A stretch of DNA of 64,000 nt from Thermoanaerobaculia bacterium (lineage in GTDB: Bacteria; Acidobacteriota; Thermoanaerobaculia; UBA5066). Both the position numbers and the translations under genes were made by a program. The DNA lies in contig CAVRAY010000002.1 in the NCBI GenBank assembly GCA_963719225.1, forward strand, positions 224,001 through 288,000, written 5' to 3'. Positions 1-8,245 of the stretch are shown piece by piece (positions within the stretch are counted from its first letter, which is position 1; each line of letters begins with the position of its first letter). The notes under the pieces were generated by a model, which saw only the letters and a program-made list of their open reading frames with translations, was not told the DNA's origin and ran no database searches.

Positions 1-753
1 GGCTTCTTGTTCGCAACACCGGCCGGCGCGGTCGACGTCACGGTCGTGCTGAGTGCCGTCGCCGACGCCACGATCTTCGAGGAAAACGTGGACGCGAGTG
101 ATGCGAAGAGCCCCGGCCTCTTCGCCGGGCGCAACAATCACGACGAGATCCGCCGCGCCTTCCTCCGCTTCGACGTTGCCAACGGCGTTCCCTCGGGCAT
201 CGTCGTCTCGGCCGTGAAGGTGCGCTTGAGCCTGACGCGTTCGAACTCGGGGTTCGTCTTCGCGTCCCTCTTCCGCGTGTCGGCCCCCTGGGGCGAGGGC
301 ACCTCGAACGCCGGGGTCCCGGGAGGGATGGGCGCCCCGGCGACGCCGGGCGACGTCACGTGGACGAGCCGCGTCTATCCGGCCTCGCTCTGGCTCAACC
401 CCGGGGGCGACGCGGCGTCTGCCCCGACCGCGACGACTCTCATCGGAAGCTCTCTCCAGAGTTACGACTTCGCGACGACTTCCCAATTGGTTTCCGACGT
501 CCAGGGCTGGCTCGACCAGCCCGCGACGAATTTCGGCTGGCAGCTCCGCATGGACGAGGCGCAGATCGCGCCCACCGCCAAGCGCTTCGGCTCGCGCGAG
601 GACACGTTGCAGCCGCTCCTCTTCGTCACGTACGACGACGCGAGCGCCCCCGCTCCGCCGGCAGGCGTGCCGGCGCTGAACACGCCGAGTCAGGCGGCTC
701 TCGCGCTCCTCCTCGCCGCGAGCGGCGCGCGCCTGCTCAAACGCGCGGCCTAA
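1..753 (+). CDS. Secreted DNRLRE-like domain protein with IPTL-CTERM-like sorting tail (5' partial)
   Basis: Frame is open from base 1 (GFLFATPAGA = end of a signal peptide). ADATIFE...RAFLRFD...W.EG...TW...W.NPGGD pattern; ends VPALNTPSQAALALLLAASGARLLKRAA. Confidence 0.7.
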   Translation, partial: GFLFATPAGAVDVTVVLSAVADATIFEENVDASDAKSPGLFAGRNNHDEIRRAFLRFDVANGVPSGIVVSAVKVRLSLTRSNSGFVFASLFRVSAPWGEGTSNAGVPGGMGAPATPGDVTWTSRVYPASLWLNPGGDAASAPTATTLIGSSLQSYDFATTSQLVSDVQGWLDQPATNFGWQLRMDEAQIAPTAKRFGSREDTLQPLLFVTYDDASAPAPPAGVPALNTPSQAALALLLAASGARLLKRAA

Positions 754-1982
754 ACCGCCGCGAGCGCGTTCTCGAGATCCTGGAGGATGTCCTCGACGTC
801 CTCGATGCCGACCGAGACGCGCACGAGGCCGGGCGTGATGCCGCGCCGGAGGCGCTCGTCGGGCTCGACGCTCGCATGTGTCATCGAGGCCGGGTGCGAG
901 ATGAGACTCTCCACGCCGCCGAGCGACTCGCCGAGCGCGCAGATCACGACGCGGTCGAGGAGGCTCTTCGCCGCCTCGACGGACCCGAGATCGAAAGAGA
1001 TCATTCCGCCGTACCCCGACATCTGGCGCGCCGCGACGGAGTGGCCGGGATGGGACTCGAGGCCCGGGTAGAAGACTTTCCGGACCTTCGCGTGGGAGGC
1101 GAGCCAGGCGGCCACGGTGCGCCCGTTCGCGTCGTGGGCGCGCATGCGTACGGGCAGCGTCTTGATGCCCCGCGAGACGAGAAAGGAGTCGAACGGCGAC
1201 AGGATCGCGCCTGCCGCGTTCTGCGTGAAGCCGATCTTCTCTCCGTCCTTCGGGTCCGCGCAGATCACGGCGCCGCCCACCGAATCCGAATGGCCGTTCA
1301 GATACTTCGTCGTGGAATGGACGACGACGTCACACCCGAGAGCGAGCGGTTTCTGGAAGAACGGCGTGGCGAACGTGTTGTCGACGACGACCCGGATCTT
1401 CGCGCCGATCCTCCGTCCCTCGTCGCGCGCGACGGCGGCGAGGGCAGCGAGGTCGGAGATCTCCATGGTCGGGTTCGTGGGCGTCTCGACGAAGAGCATC
1501 CGCGTCGCCTTCGTCACGGCCGCCCGCACGATCCCGGGGTCCGTCGTGTCGACATAGTCGAACGTCACGCCGAAGTTCGCGAGGATCTTCGAGAAGAACC
1601 GGTACGTGCCGCCGTAGGTGTTGCGGCTCACGAGCACGTGGTCGCCCGCCCGGACGAAGCTGAGCATGAGGGACGTCTCGGCGGCCATCCCGGACGCGAA
1701 CGCGTGCGCCGTCGCGGAGCCGTCCGCTCCCCCCTCGAGCGCGGCGAGCTGGGTTTCGAGGGCGAGACGCGTGGGGTTCTTCGTGCGCGCGTACTCGTAG
1801 CCCTGGCGCGGCTTGCCGAAGCTCTCCTGGACGAACGTGGACGTCTGGAAGATCGGAACGGCCACCGCTCCGGTGAGCGGCTCGGGTTCCTGTCCGGCGT
1901 GCACGCACGTCGTCGCGAACCCGGGCACGCGCGGCTTGCGGGGCGCCTTCCGGAGCATCTCGGTGCCACTCTTCGTCTTCAT
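750..1982 (-). CDS. mccB: Cystathionine gamma-lyase/synthase (Cys/Met metabolism PLP enzyme)
   Basis: YARTKNPTR, FASGMAA, VVDNTFATP, HSTTKYLNGHSD (PLP lysine), ESLGGVESL, RVSVGIED; coupled to an mccA-like gene. Confidence 0.85.
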   Translation of the reverse strand: MKTKSGTEMLRKAPRKPRVPGFATTCVHAGQEPEPLTGAVAVPIFQTSTFVQESFGKPRQGYEYARTKNPTRLALETQLAALEGGADGSATAHAFASGMAAETSLMLSFVRAGDHVLVSRNTYGGTYRFFSKILANFGVTFDYVDTTDPGIVRAAVTKATRMLFVETPTNPTMEISDLAALAAVARDEGRRIGAKIRVVVDNTFATPFFQKPLALGCDVVVHSTTKYLNGHSDSVGGAVICADPKDGEKIGFTQNAAGAILSPFDSFLVSRGIKTLPVRMRAHDANGRTVAAWLASHAKVRKVFYPGLESHPGHSVAARQMSGYGGMISFDLGSVEAAKSLLDRVVICALGESLGGVESLISHPASMTHASVEPDERLRRGITPGLVRVSVGIEDVEDILQDLENALAAV

Positions 1983-2917
1983 CCGAGAATCCCCTTGCTC
2001 ACGTACCGCTCGGCGCCGTCCGGCAGCAGCGTCACGACGCGCTTGCCGGGACCGAGGCGGCGCACGATCCTCCGCGCGGCCGCGGCGTTGCAGCCGGAGG
2101 ATCCGCCCACGAGGAGCCCCTCCGTGCGCGCGATCTCGAGGACTGTCGCGAAGGCCTCGGCGTCGTCAATCGTGATGATCTCGTCCGCGAGCGAAGGGTC
2201 CCAGATCTCGGGAAGAAACGACGCCCCGATCCCCTCCACCTTGTGAGGACCCGGCTTTCCTCCTCCGAGGATCGAGCCCTGCGGCTCGACGGCGACTTTC
2301 AGGAGAGCGGGCAGGCGCTCGACCAGAAACCGCGCGACCCCGACGAACGTGCCCGTCGAGCCCGCCCCGATGACGATCGCGTCGAGGCGTCCCTCGCATT
2401 GCTCGAGGATCTCGGGGCCCGTCGTCTCGTAGTGCACGCGCGGGTTCGAGGGGTTCGCAAACTGCTGCGGCACGTACGCGCCGGGGATCTCCTTCGCGAG
2501 CGCGTGCGCCTTGTCGATCGCGCCCTTCATGCCGAGCGCGTCGGCCGTCTGCACGACGCTGCCGCCGAGCGCGGTCATGATCTTCTGCTTCTCGATCGAG
2601 AATCTCTCGGGCACGCAGAGGATGACGCGGTACCCGCGCGCGACTCCCACGAGCGCCAGGCCGATGCCCGTGTTCCCGGCCGTCGGCTCGATGATCGTTC
2701 CACCCGGTTTCAGGAGACCCTTCTCCTCGGCGTCGCGGATCATCCCGATGCCGATGCGGTCCTTCACCGAGCCGCCGGGGTTCAGGAACTCGCACTTGGC
2801 GAGGATCTCGGCCGCGCCGCCCCCCGCAAAGCGCGACAGCCGGACCATCGGCGTTCCGCCGACGAGATCCAGCGCCGAATCGGCGACGACGAGCGGACGC
2901 GCAGCGAGGACGGTCAT
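1979..2917 (-). CDS. mccA: Cysteine synthase family, O-acetylserine-dependent cystathionine beta-synthase type
   Basis: KCEFLNPGGSVKDR; EPTAGNTG and CVPERFSIEKQ resemble MccA/YrhA more than CysK (PTSGNTG). Confidence 0.8.
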   Translation of the reverse strand: MTVLAARPLVVADSALDLVGGTPMVRLSRFAGGGAAEILAKCEFLNPGGSVKDRIGIGMIRDAEEKGLLKPGGTIIEPTAGNTGIGLALVGVARGYRVILCVPERFSIEKQKIMTALGGSVVQTADALGMKGAIDKAHALAKEIPGAYVPQQFANPSNPRVHYETTGPEILEQCEGRLDAIVIGAGSTGTFVGVARFLVERLPALLKVAVEPQGSILGGGKPGPHKVEGIGASFLPEIWDPSLADEIITIDDAEAFATVLEIARTEGLLVGGSSGCNAAAARRIVRRLGPGKRVVTLLPDGAERYVSKGILG

Positions 2918-2969
2918 TTGAGCCGGAGAACTTTAGCAGCGCGCGTGACGCGCGCGCTGCTACCCCCAC

Positions 2970-3257
2970 CTATCGGGCCGGCCTTCTCTCTCTGTAGCAG
3001 TCGCGGCAGTAGACGGGCTTGCCGTTCGTCGGGTTGAACGGCACCTGCGTCGTCTTGCCGCACGCGTCGCACGTCACGTTGTAGAGCTGCCGCGCGCCGC
3101 CGTCGCCGAAACCGCCGGTCTTGCGCTTGTCGCGGCAGTTCTTGCAGCGCTTGGGCTCGTTCGAGAAGCCCTTCTGCGCGTAGAACTCCTGCTCGTTCGC
3201 CGTGAAGATGAAGGGTGTGCTGCAGTCGATACAGGGGATGGTCTTGTCCGTGTACAT
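2970..3257 (-). CDS. Zinc-ribbon CxxC-x17-CxxC domain protein
   Basis: MYTDKTIPCIDC...EQEFY..KGF.NEPKRCKNCR followed by CDACG..TQVPF.P..GKPVYCRDC. Confidence 0.9.
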   Translation of the reverse strand: MYTDKTIPCIDCSTPFIFTANEQEFYAQKGFSNEPKRCKNCRDKRKTGGFGDGGARQLYNVTCDACGKTTQVPFNPTNGKPVYCRDCYRERRPAR

Positions 3258-3274
3258 CAGAACTCCAGGGAAGG

Positions 3275-3483
3275 TCTCCGATTCCGTATCGGAGAGCCGT
3301 TTGGGTATCGCGGGCGCGGCTCCACGCGGAGCAGCGGCCGCCGGGTTTGGGTGAGGGAAACCTTCACCGGCTCCGGGACTTCAGGAGGCTTCGGTGGGGC
3401 CGTTTCCCAGATGGGGCCCCGGGGGTTGGAAATAAGGGGGAACCTCCTTGACCAAGACCGGCCATGACTTTTCTGCCGGTGAA
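3275..3483 (-). ncRNA. Candidate structured 5' leader / cis-regulatory RNA
   Basis: Nested inverted repeats 3363-3371/3475-3483, 3381-3392/3440-3451 and 3396-3401/3415-3420, plus an 8-bp hairpin 3275-3295 next to the RBS. Confidence 0.4.
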
Positions 3484-3580
3484 AACATCGGGAATGGCCC
3501 GCGAACTCTCCTTGGCGTTATCCATCAATGAGAAACAAGAACCGCCACAAAAGCAAGAGAAAAGTTGAAGAGACCGTTTC

Positions 3581-3913
3581 TCATCCCAGCCGCACGTGGT
3601 CGGTCAGCCGGGTTCCGCCCGCCCAGACGGCCCCCACGATCAAAGCGGGTCCTTTCACCTTCTTCACGGGAAGAAAGGTCGCGGCGTCCACCAGGTCGAG
3701 CGCCTCGATCTTGAGGCGCGGCTCCATCTCGAGCGCCACCCGTGCCGCCGCGAGGAGCTTTCCCGCTTTCCGCTCGCCCAACGCATGGAGGAGCTGTGCC
3801 GCCAGGAGGGCGCGGAACAGCGCGGGGGCGGCTTTCCGCTCCTCGGGCGAGAGCCCGGCGTTCGCCGGGGAGATCGCGAGGCCATCGCTTTCGCGATCCT
3901 CCAGGGCCGCCAC
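3581..3913 (-). CDS. panC: Stand-alone C-terminal domain of pantoate-beta-alanine ligase (truncated, possibly a pseudogene)
   Basis: RESDGLAISPAN.GLSPEERKAAPALFRAL...GER...LVDAATF.PV...GTRLTDHV matches the PanC C-terminal part. GTG start 4 nt after the dNK stop; N-terminal domain absent. Confidence 0.7.
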   Translation of the reverse strand: MAALEDRESDGLAISPANAGLSPEERKAAPALFRALLAAQLLHALGERKAGKLLAAARVALEMEPRLKIEALDLVDAATFLPVKKVKGPALIVGAVWAGGTRLTDHVRLG

Positions 3914-3917
3914 GGCG

Positions 3918-4580
3918 TCACTTCTTCGAGCCGCGCGGCACGTAGATCTGGGTGCCCCGGAAGGGGCGGGTGACCTGCGCGATGAGGTCTTCGAGGTCGC
4001 CCTTCCTCTCGACGAAGTCGATCTCGTTCGTCTCGACGACGAGCAGCGGGCAATCCCGGAAGTGATAGAAGAAATAGTTGTACGCCTCGACGAGGGACTT
4101 GAGGTACTCGGGCGCGATCGTCTTCTCGAAGGCGCGCCCCCGCTTCCGGATGCGGCCGAGGCAGGTCTCGACGCTCGCCGTGAGGTGCACGACGAGGTCG
4201 GGACGCGGCACGCTCGCGGCGAGCGTGGCATAGAGCTTGTCGTAGAGCGCGATCTCGGCGTCGTTCAGCGTCAGGTAGGCGAAGATCTTGTCCTTCGCGA
4301 ACGTGTAGTCCGCGATCACGAGGTTCCGGAAGAGATCGATCTGGGCGATCTCCTGCTGCTGGCGAAAGCGGGAGAGCAGGAAGTAGATCTGGGTCTGGAA
4401 CGCCGCGCCCTTCTTTCCCGCGTAGAAGTCCGCGAGGAACGGGTTCGTGACGTCCTCGAGGATCTGCGTGCCGCTGAAACGCTTCGCGAGGAGCCCCACG
4501 AGCGACGTCTTTCCGACGCCGATCGGGCCCTCGATCGCGATGTGGCGAAGCGGGAATTCCTTCGGGGTGGGCGCCGGCAC
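3918..4580 (-). CDS. Deoxynucleoside kinase (dAK/dGK family)
   Basis: IAIEGPIGVGKTSL P-loop, NPFL.DFY, AFQTQIYFLLSR, PRPDLVVHL, RIRKRGRAFE. Confidence 0.9.
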   Translation of the reverse strand: MPAPTPKEFPLRHIAIEGPIGVGKTSLVGLLAKRFSGTQILEDVTNPFLADFYAGKKGAAFQTQIYFLLSRFRQQQEIAQIDLFRNLVIADYTFAKDKIFAYLTLNDAEIALYDKLYATLAASVPRPDLVVHLTASVETCLGRIRKRGRAFEKTIAPEYLKSLVEAYNYFFYHFRDCPLLVVETNEIDFVERKGDLEDLIAQVTRPFRGTQIYVPRGSKK

Positions 4581-4592
4581 GAGAGCGCGAGT

Positions 4593-5447
4593 TTAGCGCC
4601 TGAGGAAGACGTCGCCGGCGCCGCAGACGAAGACCGCGACCGACAGCCAGCCGTTCGCCGTGAAGAACGCGCCGTTCACGCGCGAAAGGTCCTTCTCCGA
4701 GACGAGGGCGTGCTGACGAACGAGAAAAAGGCCCGCGAGGAGAACCCCGAGCCCGAAGAGGAGGCCGCCATTGGCCAGGACGAAGGCGCCGTAGAGGAGC
4801 GCGAGCGAGACCGCGTGGAAGAACGTCGAGAGGTCGAGGGCACGGCGGGCGCCGAAACGCGCCGGCAGCGAGAAGAGGCCGTTTTCGCGGTCGAACGCCT
4901 CGTCCTGGAGGCTGTAGATCACGTCGAAGCCCGCGACCCAGAAGAGGACGGAAAGACCGAGCACGAGAGGCGTCGCCGCGAACCGACCCGTCACGGCGAT
5001 CCAGGCGCCCACAGGAGCGATCGCGAGGCCGAGTCCGAGGACGAGATGGGAGAGCGCGCTCAGGCGTTTCGTGAACGAGTAGCCGAGAACGATCGCGAGC
5101 GCGAGCGGCGAGAGCGCGAAGCACAGGGGATTCAGAAGCCAGGCGGCCACGAGGAACGCCGCGGCCGAGAGCGCGCAGAAGACGGAGGCGGCCGTCACCG
5201 AGACGGAGCCCGCCGGGATCTCGCGCGCGGCGGTCCGGGGGTTCCTCGCATCGACGTCCCGGTCCACGATCCGGTTGAAGGCCATCGCCGAAGAGCGCGC
5301 GCCCGCCATGGCCAGGACGATCAACGCCAGCGTCCGGACCTCGGGCACGCCGCGCGCGGCGAGCACGGCCGCGAGCAGCGCGAACGGCATCGCGAAGACC
5401 GTGTGCGAGAACGTGACGAGGGAAAAGAACCTCCCGACGCCCTTCAC
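4593..5447 (-). CDS. ubiA: UbiA-family prenyltransferase (MqnP-like)
   Basis: HTVFAMPFA, ARSSAMAFNRIVDRDVDARNPRT, YSFTKR, GFDVIYSLQD. Confidence 0.88.
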   Translation of the reverse strand: MKGVGRFFSLVTFSHTVFAMPFALLAAVLAARGVPEVRTLALIVLAMAGARSSAMAFNRIVDRDVDARNPRTAAREIPAGSVSVTAASVFCALSAAAFLVAAWLLNPLCFALSPLALAIVLGYSFTKRLSALSHLVLGLGLAIAPVGAWIAVTGRFAATPLVLGLSVLFWVAGFDVIYSLQDEAFDRENGLFSLPARFGARRALDLSTFFHAVSLALLYGAFVLANGGLLFGLGVLLAGLFLVRQHALVSEKDLSRVNGAFFTANGWLSVAVFVCGAGDVFLRR

Positions 5448-6067
5448 GTGCCGCCCGTCCAGCGGTAGTCGTCCGTGTCGATCCCGACGTCGAGGAGGTC
5501 GGCGACGCGCAGCAGGTAGGCGTCGAGGAGGTCATCCGCCTCGCGCGCCGCGTAGAACGCCGGGACGACGGGCGCGACGATGCCGCCCGCCCGCGTGACG
5601 CGCACGATGTTCTCGGCGTGCACGAGAGACAGCGGCGTCTCGCGAAGGCCGAGGACGAGCCGGCGCCGCTCCTTCAGGCAGACGTCGGCCGCGCGCTGCA
5701 GGAGACCACGCGACGTGCCGTGCGCGATCGCGGCGAGCGTCCCCGCCGAGCACGGCAGGACGGCCATCCCGCGCGTCTTGAACGAGCCCGAGGAGATCGG
5801 TGCGTCCACGGCGCTCTCGGCGTGCAGGACAAGCTTCGCGCGCGACGCTTCGGGGAGGTCCGCGGAATCGAGAAGCGCTTCGACGGACGTGATCCCCGCG
5901 TCGATCTCCGTGCGTGCCACGAGAAGCGCGCGCGGCGAGACGACGACGTGAAGGTGCGTGAGGTCGGGCGAGGCCGCAAAGACCTTCAGCGCACGCAGTC
6001 CGAGGCGCGTGCCGCTCGCCCCGGAGATGCCGAGGATCAGGTCGCGCTTCCCTCCCGCCGCCGCCAT
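5444..6067 (-). CDS. ubiX: Flavin prenyltransferase
   Basis: ILGISGASG, APISSGS, PCSAGTLAAIA.G, RAADVCLKERR.LVL..RETPL, PAFY. Confidence 0.92.
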   Translation of the reverse strand: MAAAGGKRDLILGISGASGTRLGLRALKVFAASPDLTHLHVVVSPRALLVARTEIDAGITSVEALLDSADLPEASRAKLVLHAESAVDAPISSGSFKTRGMAVLPCSAGTLAAIAHGTSRGLLQRAADVCLKERRRLVLGLRETPLSLVHAENIVRVTRAGGIVAPVVPAFYAAREADDLLDAYLLRVADLLDVGIDTDDYRWTGGT

Positions 6068-6424
6068 TCCTCGATTGTCCTACGCGACAGCTTTTCCTGT
6101 CGCCTTCTCCCCATTTCGTGCGGGAGGGGAGAAGAGATCTTCTCAGAAGGAAATAGGGCCTGGGCCGACGGGTCGCATGACAGGAGAACTTGACGCCGAG
6201 CCGCGGCGCTCAAATCTTCCTTCTAAGAAGAATTCCCCGGGGCGCCAACGACTTGCGACTCATGCCGCACTCGAGGCACGCCTCGTGCGATGCGCGGGGC
6301 GGAGGTGATGGATGACCTAGACCCCTGAACGCGCACCCGGGCGCGCCCGGGAATCAGCGGAAGGAACACCCGAACCCCGATGTCCTGAATTTCCACAACG
6401 AAACGAAACCAAAAGGAGTTTCCA

Positions 6425-6838
6425 ATGGCTCTCCGTCCGATCGTCCGCGCGCTCGTCGTGCCCGTCCTCGGGCTCTCGCTGTCCGGCATCGCCTCGCATC
6501 CGGTCCTGGCCGAAGGCGAGCCTCCGGCCGCGCACAAGCTGGTCAACATCAATCAGGCGACGTCCGCCGAGCTCGCGCGTCTGCCGCGCGTCGGCGTGAA
6601 GCTCGCCGACCGGATCGTCGCGCACCGCAAGGAGCACGGTCCGTTCCGGCGCATCGAGGACCTCATGGAGGTCAAGGGTGTCGGGGAGAAGTTCTTCTCC
6701 ACGCTGAAGCCCTATCTCGCCGTGTCCGGCCCCACGACGCTCGCCGAGAAGGTGTCCTCGAAGGGTTCTCGCGGCGCCACGAGCAAAGCGAAAAAGTCAG
6801 GGAACCCCGCCTCGAAAGCCCAAAAGGCGAAGGCCTGA
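6425..6838 (+). CDS. comEA: ComEA-family helix-hairpin-helix DNA receptor
   Basis: Signal peptide, VNINQAT.AEL..LP.VG.K.A.RIVAHR..HGPFRRIEDLMEVKGVGEK; Lys-rich tail; AAGGAG RBS. Confidence 0.88.
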   Translation: MALRPIVRALVVPVLGLSLSGIASHPVLAEGEPPAAHKLVNINQATSAELARLPRVGVKLADRIVAHRKEHGPFRRIEDLMEVKGVGEKFFSTLKPYLAVSGPTTLAEKVSSKGSRGATSKAKKSGNPASKAQKAKA

Positions 6839-6844
6839 CGGAGC

Positions 6845-6878
6845 GGGCGGCCCGCGCGGAGCTTCCGCCGGGCCGCCC
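6845..6878 (+). terminator. GC-rich hairpin after comEA
   Basis: GGGCGGCCCG...CGGGCCGCCC stem followed by a pyrimidine run; no true U-tract. Confidence 0.4.
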
Positions 6879-6903
6879 CTCCTCTTCCCGGAGAAGGCCG
6901 AAC

Positions 6904-7488
6904 ATGCGCGGCACCTCCCTCACCGAGCTCGTCCTCGTCCTCGCCATTCTCGGGCTCTTCTTCGCGCTGAGCCTCCCGCCCTTCACGGACTTCCTCGCCG
7001 AAGAGGGGCTTCAGGCCGCCGCCCGCGAGGTCTCTGCCATCTTCACCGCCGCCCGCGGCCGCGCCATTTTCCAGAGCGTCGACGTGGGCGTGAAGTGGAT
7101 GAACAGCGGCGGAGATCTCGTCCTGTCCGTCTATCAGGACGGCAACGGCAACGGCGTCCTGACCGCCGACATCAACAAGGGCGTCGACCGCCTCGTCGCG
7201 GGCCCCTACTGGATGCGCGGGAAATATCCCGGCATCACGTTCTCCTTCGTCCCCGGCTTCAACGGCCTCGACCCTGGCGGCGCTCCGATCGGCAGCCTGA
7301 CCGATCCCCTGCGCTTCGGAAAGTCGGACATCTGCACGTTCTCGCCTGTCGGCAAGGCCTCGCCCGGCTCGGTCTACCTCTCGAACAGGAAAGGCCGCCA
7401 GGCGGCCGTACGCGTCACCCCGTCGAACGCGAAGATCCAGATCTTCACGTGGCACGGCAAGTCCATCAAATGGATCAAGAGATGGTGA
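6904..7488 (+). CDS. GspH/FimT-like minor (pseudo)pilin
   Basis: Prepilin motif MRG|TSLTELVLVLAILG with E5; A..AR..AI helix; follows comEA. Confidence 0.75.
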   Translation: MRGTSLTELVLVLAILGLFFALSLPPFTDFLAEEGLQAAAREVSAIFTAARGRAIFQSVDVGVKWMNSGGDLVLSVYQDGNGNGVLTADINKGVDRLVAGPYWMRGKYPGITFSFVPGFNGLDPGGAPIGSLTDPLRFGKSDICTFSPVGKASPGSVYLSNRKGRQAAVRVTPSNAKIQIFTWHGKSIKWIKRW

Positions 7489-7493
7489 CCGTC

Positions 7494-8213
7494 TCAGTCG
7501 GCGGGAAGCGCCGCTTCCGCGACGGCGAGCCGCTCTTTCGTCCCCAGATCGAACCAGACTCCGTCGTCGGGCGTCCGGTACGGGACCAGGGCGAAGGCGC
7601 CGTCCCTGGCGCGCGCGGAAGGCGCGAGGACGTTCCTGGCGAGCTCGGCAAAGCCGGGGGGAATGCGCGTGACGAGGGGCGGGTTCGCGGCCTGGAGTCC
7701 CGTGAAGAGCCAGGGCCCCTCCCCTCCGGAAGGACGTTCGCCTCCGACGGCGAGGAGCCGCCCGCGCGGATCCGACCAGAGCGGCGTCGAGACACCGGGG
7801 CTCTCGTTCGGGAGAACGGCGAGCGCCGAGAGGACGCCCGGCCCGTGGCGAGCCGCGAGGAGGCGTCCGAGCGGGAGCGTCGTCGCGACGTCGCCGTTCG
7901 CGACGAGGAAAGGCCCCGTCCCCAGAAGGCACCGCGCGTGGGCGAGCCGAATGCCTCCGGCGGTGCCCAGGATCTCCTCTTCGAAAGACCATGCGACGGG
8001 GATTCCCTCGTACGACTCTCCGACGGCGCCGCGCAGCTCCTCCGCGAGATGGTGCGCGTTCACGACGAAGGCCTCCGCCCCTTGTCCGAGAAGGTGATCG
8101 AAAACGTGAAACAGGATCGGGCGGCCCTTGAGCGGGAGGAGAGGTTTGGGCGTTGCGCTTGTTTCGGGGCGGAAACGCGTGCCGAAGCCGGCCGCGAGGA
8201 CGAGGGCGATCAT
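7494..8213 (-). CDS. Sugar-phosphate nucleotidyltransferase (MurU/GMP-like)
   Basis: ALVLAAGFGTRFRP.T..TPKPLLP, EEEILGTAGG, NGDV, WFDLGT. Confidence 0.85.
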   Translation of the reverse strand: MIALVLAAGFGTRFRPETSATPKPLLPLKGRPILFHVFDHLLGQGAEAFVVNAHHLAEELRGAVGESYEGIPVAWSFEEEILGTAGGIRLAHARCLLGTGPFLVANGDVATTLPLGRLLAARHGPGVLSALAVLPNESPGVSTPLWSDPRGRLLAVGGERPSGGEGPWLFTGLQAANPPLVTRIPPGFAELARNVLAPSARARDGAFALVPYRTPDDGVWFDLGTKERLAVAEAALPAD

Positions 8214-8245
8214 CCGGGCTGAAGGATAGCCTCACAATACGGGCC

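Noticed and set aside
3486-3515. GGGAATGGCCCGCGAA resembling part of a SAM-I riboswitch near sulfur genes
   Set aside because: It is on the opposite strand to mccAB and lacks the GCAACC and P1/P4 elements.
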